A stretch of DNA of 64,000 bases, taken from positions 29,698,001 to 29,762,000 of the forward strand of contig NC_043010.1 of NCBI RefSeq assembly GCF_006345805.1, in the 5' to 3' direction. The translations under genes were made by a program, and so were the position numbers. The notes under the pieces were generated by a model. The model was not told the origin of the DNA and made no database searches. It saw only the letters and a list, made by a program, of their open reading frames with translations. Positions 24,508-37,849 of this stretch are shown piece after piece. Every line of letters begins with the position of its first letter. The stretch's first letter is position 1. This DNA is from Octopus sinensis. Its lineage: Eukaryota.

Positions 24508-24549
24508 TTAGTATATGTTTTCTATTCTAATGAAGGAGCTTCCAAACAT
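24508..24549 (-). promoter_or_regulatory. 13-codon upstream ORF ending 5 nt before the ZF1 ATG
   Basis: ATG TTT GGA AGC TCC TTC ATT AGA ATA GAA AAC ATA TAC TAA lies between the 24610 acceptor and the ATG at 24502. Confidence 0.5.
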
Positions 24550-27500
24550 GAAATTTGGCCAAGTGGTTGGGTGTTAGCTTGTGACAAGTTTGTTTCTTAG
24601 ACGTCCAAACTGATATAACAATATGTTTTTATCCACCAATAAAAATTAATTTACATAACAAAAGCTTGTCATTTCGTGAAAAGTTTTTTTGTCATTACTT
24701 TTTGACAGTCATATCTTCAAATGTTGTTCAAGTGAAAAGTTATGGTTGTATGAAATATTTCCGTAAAAAAAAAAAATATTCCTTTACTACTCTGTCAAAT
24801 TTCCATGGAGAAGATATATTACATCTGTCATCTTCTGTGATTGGATGTAATTAGTGATCCGTATAGTTAATCATTAGAAAGATAAAAAGGATGTAAGATC
24901 CATTTAACAGGAAATTTATCAGGCCAAGTTGCAAAATTTAGGCTCCGCAGAATTAAAAAAGAATATGAAGCTTTGCGATGTAGGTTTGTGATCAAAGTGA
25001 AGAATAGTAAGCAAGCAACTGAAACGCTATTGTTAAATAGCCTGGTATATGGAGTTATAGATTTTTGTGAGAGTATTAGTGGAGACATTCAGTACCTTAA
25101 TAAATTGGTTTTTGCAAAGTGCAACTTTTGCTATTTTCATCCTTGTAAGTTTAGATAAAGAGATCATTTGAAGACTTTAGTTATAAAATTCTTTAAAAGG
25201 GTACCAAAATCTTTCAATGAAATTTTTTTTTCTCTTTCAGGTATAGAATGTAACAAGGCAGTGTGTAGGAAACAGAAGTATAAAAGTGGTGTACTGAAGC
25301 TTCCATCATATATATATATATATGTGTGTGTGTGTGTATATAATTATCTGCCTAACATCAAAGTAGCAGTGATAATTCTTTTCCAAGAGTTTTAGAGTTT
25401 TCTGAAAGAAAAAGAAAGCATAAATGTAGTGAAAGATTTTGTAAGAATATAATTATTCTTGTTTTATATTTTTTTTTTCAAAAACAAAGATTTTTTTTCA
25501 AACAAAATTATAATTACATATGATTTCAAGAATATATAACTCATTAACATTAATAATAGATATTCATTTCACCAATCAGTTTCATTATTGAATATGTACA
25601 ATATATGTCATTTTAGACCAAAGACAGATTAAATATATCAAATTTTAAAATTAGTCTAAAGATCTATGAAATTAAAAGTTAACATAAAAATGAAATATAT
25701 GTTGATTTATATAAAAAAAAACAGCTTCACTGAGTGGTTACGAAGTTTCTAATTGGGAGAAAAATTAAGCAAATAATAATTATGCAGAAGTCCAACATGA
25801 GTGTGTGTGCTGCATGCATTCGCACATGTGTGCATGTGTGTGCCTATGTTATGTCACTTTTTCCCCTGTAACTCAGTAGTTTGACAATTGATAAAATTGA
25901 CAGAAAAAAGCTTTGGGGTCAATATGATTGACTAAAGCCTTGAAGATGAGAAAGGACAGTGCCCAAAATATTTTGTAGGTGGTGGGATGAAGATATCCCC
26001 TGACCAGAGACCTGGCCTAAATGTTTACAACAGAGTGGACTCTACTGTGGAGTCTACTCCCAAGGTAGAGGGGAAGGAAGTTAAATTGAGCAAAAGATTA
26101 AGCTTGCCACCCAAGAACAGGAATGGTTTCTCTTCCAAGCTTGCACAGAGTTTCCATCAATTCAATTCCACTCACAAGGAACTGGTCGATCTAATGATAT
26201 TGTAGAAGACACTTGCCCAAGATGCTATGCAGTGGGAATGGATCCAAAACCATACAGTTTTTTAAAAAAACTGCTCATGCACAGCGTCATATCTGTGATC
26301 ACTGCAGGAGAAAGAGTATTTGAAGTACAACAGTCATAAAACGTACACAGTTAATTAGAAATGAAGATACTCTAGAATACTGACGACAGACTGAGAGAAA
26401 CCCTGCTGCTTCTTACTAAATGTCATGTTTCCATAACAAGTAAGCCACAATGAAAGGGGTTCTGTATATTCAATGTGCGTCAGTTTTCTTTCACATTAGT
26501 ACCTATCAATGGAAAAGTTAACAGCTTAACTCAATTCAACAATATATCTGGTTGGATCCTCATTTGGGAAATGTATAACTTACACAAATTTGCTCCAAAA
26601 TTATAAGGTTCTATTGTCTTAATTTTGTAATTTTAAAGAGTGGTCACTAGTATATTTGGTCCTTCCAAAGCATATCTAATCAGAATTAATCCTCTTTTAA
26701 TGTGAAATGCTATCAGTTGAGAAAGTCTGCTCTGTTGCAATTAGCTGTTTGTTAAAGGAAATGACAGCAGGAATCACATTCAAATAATTGAAGTTTATAA
26801 GTTTCTATGTCACCTCATGGGTGAATTGCTTTCTTTGTGCAACTCTAATGTAGGTAGATGAGAAATGAAGAGTACAAGGAAGAAACTGGATTCTTTCCAC
26901 TCCAAACAGCGTTCTTCTTGACAGTCAATGGCCAAACAAAATCTAATGAATACAACTTTACAAAAAATGTGATTGCAAACAATCAAGCTTCAAGAATGTG
27001 GAGGTCTGTCTTCATAATGGAGTTCAAATACCTTGTAAACATCACACTAAAGAAATATTTTCAAGATACCAAAGTTCTAAAAATTGCAGGCTACTCAATC
27101 CAAACAGGGGTCTCCTACATGCTTGCTTGACTAATAAGGAATAACAACCAAATTTTTTCAAATTATGCCTTACTAGAGAACTACTAATGAACGATACCAA
27201 TAATATCACTGCCTATGGATATTTGGGTGGTAGATTGACAGAATTTTTATAGCGTCAGACAAAATGCCTTGCTGTTTATTTTTAACATTCTGAGTTAAAA
27301 TAATGCAGAGGTCAATTTTGCCTATTGTCACTCTGAGGTTGTTGAAATAAAGAACCAATCAAGTACTTGCGTTAGGGAATCTACAAATTTTAATGCTGTT
27401 TACTTTTAATACTGATGAGAGTGTAGACCGCAACACCAATCTGGTGCACAGTATTTTTATTAAGAACAGAGAGCCCCAAGTATTATTAGGTCTGGGAGAA

Positions 27501-27718
27501 AGGCAGCAATCTGGCAGAATTGTTGACATGCTGGACAAAATGCTTATCAGCATTTTTCCGACTCTTTATGTTTCATGTTCAAATACTGCCAAGCTTCACT
27601 TGGCCTTCCACTCTTTCAGGATCAATAAAACAAGTTCTAGTTAAGCACTGGGGGTGATGTAATCATCTTCCCCCTGCACTCAAAATCACTGGCCTTAAGC
27701 CAAAGAATAGAAAGAATT
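27501..27718 (+). mobile_element. SINE family B
   Basis: GGCAGAATTGTT A-box-like start, GTTCAAATAC B-box-like motif, AAATCACTGGCCTT tail. Confidence 0.65.
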
Positions 27719-28861
27719 GTTAGTTTTGAAAGATACAATAATAGGACAATACCACACCAATCTTATAATTAATAGGATATGTGGTGTAGCAGTTATCATG
27801 ACCAACACAAAGTTGACAGAAGATATTTTTGGTGAATATTGATTTCATAACATGAACAAAACAGACGAATTTTCATTTACAGAGAGTGTGGGATTTGGTT
27901 TTGTAGCAGTGACATACACCTTTCACATAGGTGATACAAGTGATGTAAAATAAAGTGAAACCAACCAGGGCAGATTCACTGAGGAATTTACCTTTCTACA
28001 GTTGCATTGGTTATAAATCTCTTATTTTTATGGCCTAGTCAGAAAAGGATGGACAGGGCTCATGATTTGTGTGAGGTCTGAGACATATGAGAGGAAAAGA
28101 CAAGAAACTATACATCATGGACTGCTGTGTTAAGAGACAGACCAAGATACAGTCCAGACGCAGGACTATCTTAATCAGTAACGTAGATATATGTGGGGTG
28201 GGGGAATGAGGTGCTCCACCATGGGCAATGCTTTTATGGGGGTGGAAATTTAGAATCTTATGTAGTTTAGGGACGGGGAGAGGGGAAAACTCAAAGACTG
28301 CCCCAAGTGCACACAGCCTAGCTGTGCAACTGACCTTAATAACATTTTAAAACCCCACCTACCCAGCTAAGTAATAACGAAGGCCTGTAATATTTATTGT
28401 CAGTGAATCACAGTAGAGATTACCACTAGGCCCCTAGACCACAGCCCTCTACACAGGGGATGGGGACAGGATCGCCCAATGTGCCCATATCTTAAAATGA
28501 CACTGTTCAGAATTGGAGACAGGGTCTCAAAATGCTTGGATTCCATTCATGACTCCCACGAAAAAGTGCAGTTAAATCAAAGGGCTTCGGCCAAGTTTTC
28601 GGCCACCCAACTTCTCTCATATGGTTTGGGTCCACCCAAGTCTATGGTAGAAGACAGTGGGTATTAAACCCAGAATCAGTTGATTTTCCTGACCGACCAT
28701 GCAACCATAAACTTCTCCCACCCCACCAGTGAGTCAAAGTTGTTAACACCGGGTTCGAAAGCATAATTCAGTTCACTTCACCCATATCATCAAAGACAAG
28801 TTAAACCGATCGTATATCAGGTTCCTTGTAAATATAGGGACATGTTAGTTATGTGAATACA

Positions 28862-28918
28862 CACACACATATATAATATATAATATATATATATATATAT
28901 ATATGTATGTATACACAC

Positions 28919-28953
<35 letters not shown>

Positions 28954-29005
28954 GTATGTATACACACTATATATATATATATATATATGTGTATGTATGT
29001 ATACA

Positions 29006-29043
<38 letters not shown>

Positions 29044-29411
29044 TATATATATATATATATATATGATGTATACACACTATTATATATATATGTATGTATA
29101 CACACTATATATATATATTATACACAATATATATATATATATATACACACTATATATATATATATATATATATATATCATATATATATATATACTCTTTT
29201 TACTCTTTTACTCTTTTACTTGTTTCAGTCATTTGACTGCGGCCATGCTGGAGCACCGCCTTTAGTCGAGCAAATCGACCCCAGGACTTATTCTTTGTAA
29301 GCCCAGTACTTATTCTATCGGTCTCTTTTGCCGAACCGCTAAGCAACGGGGACGTAAACACACCAGCATCGGTTACCAAGCAATGCTAGGGGGACAAACA
29401 CAGCCACACAA

Positions 29412-29457
<46 letters not shown>

Positions 29458-29697
29458 GTATATACGACAGGCTTCTTTCAGTTTCCGTCTACCAAATCCA
29501 CTCACAAGGCATTGGTCGGCCCGGGGCTATAGCAGAAGACACTTGCCCAAGGAACCCGGAACCATGTGGTTGGTTAGCAAGCTACTTACCACACAGCCAC
29601 TCCTGCGCCTTATATATATATATATATATATGTATACACACTATATATATATATATGTATGTATACACACTATATATATATATGTATGTATACACAC

Positions 29698-29733
<36 letters not shown>

Positions 29734-29899
29734 CAGACACACTATATATATATATGTAGACACACTATATATATATATATATATATGTATGTATACACAC
29801 TAATATATATATATATATATATGTATGTATACACACTATATATATATATATATGTATGTATACACACTATATATATATATATGTATGTATGTATACACA

Positions 29900-29950
<51 letters not shown>

Positions 29951-29960
29951 ATATACATAC
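28862..29960. repeat. (TA)n-TGTATGTATACACAC minisatellite interrupted by a SINE
   Basis: The unit recurs on both sides of the SINE at 29193-29610. Confidence 0.9.
29193..29610 (-). mobile_element. SINE family A, near full length, young
   Basis: AGGCGCAGGAGTGGCTGTGTGG head to (AAAAGAGT)3 tail; CpGs intact; ~20 bp internal deletion. Confidence 0.92.
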
Positions 29961-30259
29961 ATTCACACGCATTTTATATTTATAAATAAATATATATATA
30001 CAGCAGTTTATTTTTGTGAACATACGACGAAAACCGTGGAACGACGAGAAAACAAGAACGATAAAGAATATTGTTTCAACAAAAAGAAAAAAATACCATG
30101 ATTACTAACTGATAATCACATTTATAGAAAAAAAACAGCAACAATAAAAACAATGGCTAATGAATTATCGGAAAAGAATATTTACGAAAACAGCATCAAA
30201 TTTGTACGTAAATCCATTCACACACAGTACACACACGTTGTATATATACATACATACAT

Positions 30260-30294
<35 letters not shown>

Positions 30295-30961
30295 ATATAT
30301 AGATAGATACATACATACATACATACATGCATACATAGATGCGCGCGCGAGCACACACACATACAGAGACAGCTGTATTCACATAAATCTATATACAAAC
30401 ATATATACATACATATAACACAAAATGCTAAGAGACAAAACTAAAACCAGAGATAACAAACAAGTAAAAATAAATAAACGAAATAAATAAACGGGCATTC
30501 GTTAAGAAGAAGGGGGAAAAAAACAAGCAACGGTGGGTGTAGCTCTTACTAAGGATGGAAACCAGCAATCTAGTTTTCCATTAGATAAAAACCAGAACTG
30601 TGACAGTCAGACTACATCTAAAAAAAGAAGGCTGAGTGATTGAAGACCATTTAAATGTCTAAGACAAAAACGACCACTACATACCCTGATAGACGTACGA
30701 ACTCAACTGGGTAGATCGGTCTTCTAATGCCTGCCCCCTTGTTCTTTTCTTTACTTATACAGACAGGCTTTTGTCGCAGTTACCATCGTGTCTGCTGTGT
30801 TGATGATGGTGGCTGGTGTTGTTCATGATTATTCTTTAGCTTCCCCTCTCGGAAGTTGTCACCATTGAAATAGCGTACATCGTCTCGGTTTACCGACTAA
30901 GGGAGATAACTGTACGGAAGACTGGTGTTAATGTGTGTGTGTGTGTGTGAATGCACGGATG

Positions 30962-31002
<41 letters not shown>

Positions 31003-31030
31003 GCAAACACACACACATATATGTATGTGT

Positions 31031-31083
<53 letters not shown>

Positions 31084-31304
31084 ATATATATTCTTTTACT
31101 TGTTTCAGTCATGTGACTGCGGCCATGCTGGAGCACCGCCTTTAGTCGAACAAATCGACCCCAAGACTTATTCTTTGTAAGCCTAGTGATTATTGTTTCG
31201 GTTTCTTTTTCCGAACCGCTAAGTTACGGGGACGTAAACACACCAACATCGGTTGTCAAGCGATGGTGCGGGACAAACACAGACACACAGACATACACAC
31301 AATT

Positions 31305-31336
<32 letters not shown>

Positions 31337-32021
31337 TATATATATATATAATATATAGATAGATACATACATACATACATACATGCATACATAGATGCGC
31401 GCGCGAGCACACACACATACAGAGACAGCTGTATTCACATAAATCTATATACAAACATATATACATACATATAACACAAAATGCTAAGAGACAAAACTAA
31501 AACCAGAGATAACAAACAAGTAAAAATAAATAAACGAAATAAATAAACGGGCATTCGTTAAGAAGAAGGGGGAAAAAAACAAGCAACGGTGGGTGTAGCT
31601 CTTACTAAGGATGGAAACCAGCAATCTAGTTTTCCATTAGATAAAAACCAGAACTGTGACAGTCAGACTACATCTAAAAAAAGAAGGCTGAGTGATTGAA
31701 GACCATTTAAATGTCTAAGACAAAAACGACCACTACATACCCTGATAGACGTAACGAACTCAACTGGGTAGATCGGTCTTCTAATGCCTGCCCCCTTGTT
31801 CTTTTCTTTACTTATACAGACAGGCTTTTGTCGCAGTTACCATCGTGTCTGCTGTGTTGATGATGGTGGCTGGTGTTGTTCATGATTATTCTTTAGCTTC
31901 CCCTCTCGGGAAGTTGTCACCATTGAAATAGCGTACATCGTCTCGGTTTACCGACTAAGGGAGATAACTGTACGGAAGACTGGTGTTAATGTGTGTGTGT
32001 GTGTGTGTGAATGCACGGATG

Positions 32022-32060
<39 letters not shown>

Positions 32061-32091
32061 GCAAACACACACACATATATGTATGTGTACA

Positions 32092-32148
<57 letters not shown>

Positions 32149-32359
32149 TTTTACTTGTTTCAGTCATGTGACTGCGGCCATGCTGGAGCACCGCCTTTAG
32201 TCGAACAAATCGACCCCAAGACTTATTCTTTGTAAGCCTAGTGATTATTGTTTCGGTTTCTTTTTCCGAACCGCTAAGTTACGGGGACGTAAACACACCA
32301 ACATCGGTTGTCAAGCGATGGTGCGGGACAAACACAGACACACAGACATACACACAATT

Positions 32360-32400
<41 letters not shown>
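30260..32400. repeat. Near-identical tandem duplication, period 1056 bp
   Basis: ACATAC donor motif at 30684 and 31740; unique sequence identical apart from 1-bp indels (AGACGTACGA/AGACGTAACGA, CTCGGAAG/CTCGGGAAG). Confidence 0.92.
30685..30925 (-). promoter_or_regulatory. Candidate non-coding first exon of ZF1 (second copy about 31741-31985)
   Basis: CAGG|GTATGT donor; CpG-retaining; T-rich minus-strand sequence downstream towards the 24610 acceptor. Confidence 0.4.
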
Positions 32401-32411
<11 letters not shown>

Positions 32412-32561
32412 CGGGCTTCCTTCAGTTTCCGTCTACCAAATCCACTCACTTTGGTCGACCCGAAGCTATAGTAGAAGACACTTGCCCAAGGTGCCACACA
32501 GTGGGACTGAACCTGGAACCATGTGGTTGGGAAGCAAGCTACTTACCACAACCACTCCTGC

Positions 32562-32562
<1 letters not shown>
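32146..32562 (-). mobile_element. SINE family A, full length (tail half duplicated at 31090-31320)
   Basis: Same sequence as 29193-29610. Confidence 0.9.
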
Positions 32563-32592
<30 letters not shown>

Positions 32593-35500
32593 CGTGGGTA
32601 TACTTATCGCTGAGAAATGGGTCGTGGGTATACTTATCACTGAGAAATGGGTAGATAAAGTAATTGAGGTAATCAGAGTATGTGACAGAATACTTAAGAT
32701 TAGATTAGTGCTTCATCATAGTTTAGCAACCATTATATCGGCCTATGCTCCTCAGTCGGGGCTACCCGATGGACAGAAAGACCAATTCTATGACACTCTA
32801 CTGCAGACTACCTCGTTGACGAACAACAGAGACCTTCTCTTTGTGGCTGGTGACTTCAATGGTCACGTTGGACGACATGCTGGGGGCTTCCATGGTGTAC
32901 ATGGAGGCTATGGCTATAGTTCCCGCAACGAGGAGGGAACCAGGCTGCTGGAGTTCTGTGATGCAAATAATCTTATGATTTGCAACACTAAATTCAGGAA
33001 ACCTACCAGCTATCTAGTCACCTACCGATCGGGCCAACATACCAGCCAAATTGACTACATCCTTGCCAGGCAAAGGGAGAGATGGCTGCTTACAAATGCC
33101 AAAACCTTCCCAGGCGAAGAATGTACCCCACAACATAGACTGGTAGTTAGTGACTTTAGGATCAGGACTAGGAGGACAACCAGAAGACGACCAACATGGA
33201 GAAGAAGGATCTGGAAGCTTAAAGATCCTGCGAATGGACAGAGATTTAGGAACATGCTACTTGAAGCCTTTGACGAAGTAGAAGGGGATAGAGTATCACA
33301 TGGAGTAGAAGGCAACTGGACGTTTCTAAGGGACAACCTGCTGAGAGCCACTGACCAGATCTGTGGCTGGTGCAAAGTCCCCTCTCATCCCAAGGTAACG
33401 TGGTGGTGGAACAGTGTTGTAGACAGGGCTATTAGAGAAAAGAGACAGACTTGAAAGGACTGGAAGAATGGTGATAGCAGGGAATTGTATCAGACAGCCA
33501 AAAGGGAAGCTAGGAGACAGGTCTATCTAGCCAGAGGGGAAGCAGATAAGAAAAAATTTGCCAATGTTCTGTGCCGACAGTGTGTGAGAGAGAATTGCGA
33601 TGTGGTAGGAGAGAAGTGTGTTTGCATGGAAGATGGTTCACTTGCGCTAAATGAGGATGTAAAGAGAGAGGTTTGGAGACGCCACTATGAAAGGTTGCTG
33701 AATAAAGAAAATGAATGGGATAAAGAGAGTCTGCCGAATGTTGACCCAACAGAGGGACCAGCTATCCGAGTTGACAGTTCCTTGGTAGTTAAGGCAATTA
33801 GAAGCATGAAGACAGGGAAAGCCCCAGGCCCATCAGGAATCACTGCAGAGATGCTCAAAATATCTGGTAGTGTCGGTTATAGCCTAGTCACACGAATAGT
33901 TAATCAGGTGATACACGAAGGAGTCATACCCAATGACTGGTGTAGCAGCATAATAGTCAACTGCTACAAAGGTAAAGGTGACGCCCTAGATACAAATAAT
34001 TACAGAGGTATCAAGCTGTTGGATCAGGTAATGAAGATTACAGAGAGGGTCATAGCCCAACTAATTAGAGAGAGAGTTAGTTTAGATGAGATGCAGTTTG
34101 GGTTCGTGCCAGGAAAAAGCACCACTGATGCTATATTCCTGGTAAGGCAGCTGCAGGAGAAATACCTAGCCAAAGATAAGCCCCTGTACCTGGCTTTTGT
34201 TGACATGGAGAAAGCCTTCGACAGGATCCACCGATCCCTTATCTGGTGGTCAATGAGGAAACTAAGGATAGATGAATGGTTAGTGAGAGCTGTGCGAGCC
34301 ATGTACAGGGACGCTGCTAGTAAGGTGAGGGTTGGCAACGAGTACAGTGAAGAATTCAAGGTAGAGGTAGGGGTCCACCAAGGATCAGTCCTCAGCCTCC
34401 TCCTATTTATCATAGTCCTCCAGGCAATAATGGAGGAATTCAAGACAGGATGCCCCTGGGAGCTCCTATCTGCTGATGACCTTGCTCTAATTGCTGAGTC
34501 ACTATCAGAACTGGAGGAGAAATTTCAGGTGTGGAAGCAAGGATTAGAATCGGAGGGCCTTAGAGTCAATCTAGCTAAAACCAAAGTCCTAATAAGTAGG
34601 AAGGTAGACAAATCACAAACGCCTTCAGGTAGATGGCCCTGCTCGATCTGTAGAAAAGGTGTAGGTAGAAACTCTATAAGATGCACCAAGTGAAAGCTAT
34701 GGACACATAAGAGGTGCAGCAATGTCAAAGGAAGGCTAACTAGGAAGATAGTTTTTGTATGTGGCAGATGCTCAGGAACAATAAACACTGAAAATGCTCT
34801 GAGACCAACTTCTGTCACTTTCCAGGGAGAAAAACTAGAAATAGTTGATAGCTTCCGTTACCTAGGTGACCAAGTCAGCAGCGGGGGTGGGTGTGCTGAA
34901 AGTGTAACTGCTAGATTAAGAATAGCTTGGGCAAAGTTCAGAGAGCTCTTACCTCTGCTGGTGACAATGGGCCTCTCGCTCAGAGTAAAAGGTAGACTGT
35001 ATGACGCATGTGTACAAACAGCCATGCTACATGGCAGTGAAACATGGGCTGTGACTGCTGAGGACATGCAGAAGCTCACAAAGAATGAAGCCAGTATGCT
35101 CCGATGGATGTGTAACATCAGTGTTCATACTCGACAGAGTGTAAGTACCTTGAGAGAAAAGCTGGACCTAAGAAGCATCAGATGTGGTGTGCAAGAGAGA
35201 CGTTTGCACTGGTATGGACATGTGGCGAGAATGGATGAAGATAGTTGTGTGAAAAAGTTCCACACCCTAGCGGTTGAGGGAACCTGTGGAAGAGGCAGAC
35301 CCAGGAAAACCTGGGACGAGGTGGTGAAGCACGACCTTCGAACTTTAGGTCTCACTGAGGAAATGACTAGAGACCGAGACCTCTGGAAGTATGCTGTGCG
35401 TGAGAAGACCCGGTAGGACAAGTGAGACCATAACCTAAGGCCTTCTACACGGGATGTAGCCAGTTCACTTATGCATACCTTCCCTTCTTGGGACACAAAA

Positions 35501-35853
35501 CTCTACTTGTGAAGACCTGTTGAGGCAAGTGAGAAATCAGAATCGAAATCGATCAATGGAAATTGCAGCTGAGTTACCAGTACCGGTGGCACGTAAGAGA
35601 ACCATCCGAACGTGGCCGTTGCCAGCGCCTCCCCGACTGGCCTCGTGCCGGTGGCACGTAAAAAGCACCATCTGTTCGTGGCCGTTGCCAGCAGTGCCCT
35701 GACTGGCCTCGTGCTGGTGGCACGTAAAAAGCACCATCCGTTCGTGGCCATTGCCAGTATCGCCTGGCCCCGGTGGCACATAAAAAGCACCATCCGTCCA
35801 ACCCATGCTAGCATGGAAAGCGGATGCTAAACGATGATGATGATGATGATGAT
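32593..35853 (+). mobile_element. RTE-clade LINE, 5'-truncated (APE endonuclease + reverse transcriptase), 66-bp repeats in 3' UTR, (GAT)n tail
   Basis: AGDFNGHVG and SQIDYIL (APE); GKAPGPSG, YRGIKLL, FVDMEKAFD, GVHQGSVLS and ADDL (RT); in-frame stops at 33452 and 34691. Confidence 0.97.
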
Positions 35854-35855
35854 GA

Positions 35856-37806
35856 TATCATCATCATCATCGTTTAACGTCCGCTTTCCATGCTAGCATG
35901 GGTTGGACGATTTGACTGAGGACTCGCGAACCAGATGGCTGCACCTGGCTCCAATCTGATCTGGCAGAGTTTCTACAGCTGGATGCCCTTCCTAACGCCA
36001 ACCACTCCGAGAGTGTAGTGGATGCTTTTATGTGCCACTGGCACAAGAGCCAGTCAGGCGGTACTAGCAATGGCCATGCTCAAGTGGTGTTTTTTACGTG
36101 CCACCTGCACAGGAGCCAGTCCAGTGGAACTGGCAACGACCTCGCTCGAAGGTTTTTCATGTGTCACCGGCACAAGTGCTAATGAGGTGATGCTTGTAAT
36201 GATCACGTTTGAATGGTGCTTTTTATGTGCCACCAACACAGAAGCCAGTCAGCTGCTCTGGCAGCGATCATGCTCAGATGGTGCTCTTAGCACTCCACTG
36301 GCATGGGTGCCAGTCATTGAATTTGTGAATTTGATTTGATTTCGATTTCACTTGCCTCAACAGGTCTTCACAAGCAGAGTTTAGTGTCCAATGAAGGAAA
36401 GATACACATAAGTGGACTGGTTACACCCCTGGCATAGGCCAAGGGTTATGGTTTCACTTGGCTTGCTGGGTCTTCTCATGCACTGCAAATTTCCAAAGTT
36501 CTTGGTCACTAGTCATTGCCTCAGTGAGGCCTAATGCTCGAAGGTCGTGATTCACTACCTCATCCCAAGTCTTCCAGGGTCTACCTCTTCCAAAGGTTCC
36601 CGCAACTGCTAGGGTGTGGCACTTTTTCACACAGCTATTCTCATCCATTCTCGCCACTTGGTCATACCAGCGCAGTCGTCTCTCTTGCACACCACATCTG
36701 ATGCTTCTTAGGTCCAGCTTTTCTCTCAAGGTACTTACACTCTGTCGAGTATGGACACTGACATTACACATCCATCGGAGCATACTGGCTTCATTCTTTG
36801 TGAGCTTCTGCATGTCCTCAGCAGTCACAGCCCATGTTTCACTGCCATGTAGCATGGCTGTTTGTACACATGCGTCATACAGTCTACCTTTTACTCTGAG
36901 CGAGAGGCCCATTGTCACCAGCAGAGGTAAGAGCACTCTGAGCTTTGCCCAGGCTACTCTTATTCTAGCAGGTACACTTTCAGTGCACCCTCCCCCGGTA
37001 CTGACTTTCTCACCTAGGTAACGGGAGCTATCAACTATTTCTAGTTTTTTCTCCCTGGAATGTGGTGGAAGTTGTTCTCTGCACATTTTTCAATGTTTAT
37101 TTCTCCTGAGTATCTGCCACATACAAAAACTATATTCCCAGTTAACCTCCCTTTGATATTGCTGCACATTTTATGTGTCCATAGCTTACACTGGGTATAT
37201 CTTATAGAGTTTCTACCTACGCCTTTTCTACAGATTGAGCAGGGCCATCTACCTGAAGAGATTTGTGGTTTGTCTGCCTTCCTACTTATTAGGACTTTGA
37301 TTTTAGCTATGTTGACTCTAAGGCCCTCCGATTCTAATCCTTGTTTCCACACCTGAAACTTCTCCTCTAGTTCTGATAGTGACTCAGCAATTAGAGTAAG
37401 GTTGTCAGTATAGAGGAGCTCCCAGGAGCATCCTGTCTTGAATTCTTCTGTTATTGCCTGGTGGACTATGATAAATAGGAGGGAGCTGAGGACTGAACCT
37501 TGGTGGATCCCCTACCTCTACCCAGAATTCATCACCGTACTCGTTGCCAACCCTCACCTTACTGACAGTGTCCCTGTACATGGCTTGCACAGCTCTCACT
37601 AACCATTCATCTATCCTTAGTTTCCTCATTGACCACCAGATAAGGGATCAGGGGACCCTGTCAAAGGCTTTCTCCATCTCAACAAAAGACAGGTACAGAG
37701 GTTTATCTTTGGCTTGGTATTTCTCCTGCAGCTGTCTTACCAGAAATATAGCATCAGTGGTGCTTTTTCCTGGCATGAACCCAAACTGCATCTCATCTAA
37801 ACTGAC
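35856..37806 (-). mobile_element. RTE-clade LINE of the same family, older and more truncated, opposite orientation
   Basis: ORF 36454-37086 parallels 34961-35416; homology to RTE1 runs back to about 34078; frameshifts present. Confidence 0.95.
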
Positions 37807-37849
37807 TATATATATCTATATATATACATATATATATAAAATCGAAAAA

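Noticed and set aside
26858-27130. 90 aa ORF in the ZF1 upstream intron
   Set aside because: No recognisable motif in any frame and no convincing splice sites.
30745-30810. Strong plus-strand acceptor (CTTTTCTTTACTTATACAG)
   Set aside because: The phase matching the 7259 donor stops after 13 codons, and strand composition favours a minus-strand first exon.
32318-32592. N-terminus of the 378 aa ORF
   Set aside because: Chance read-through of SINE and microsatellite into the truncated RTE; not a real fusion gene.
35612-35800. Regular 66 bp repeats resembling a CRISPR array
   Set aside because: Tandem units with no unique spacers, inside an RTE 3' UTR, with no cas genes, in a eukaryotic context.
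35790-35912. Palindromic junction as a fold-back sequencing artefact
   Set aside because: The arms diverge beyond about 60 bp and differ in 3' UTR content and mutations, so they are independent insertions.
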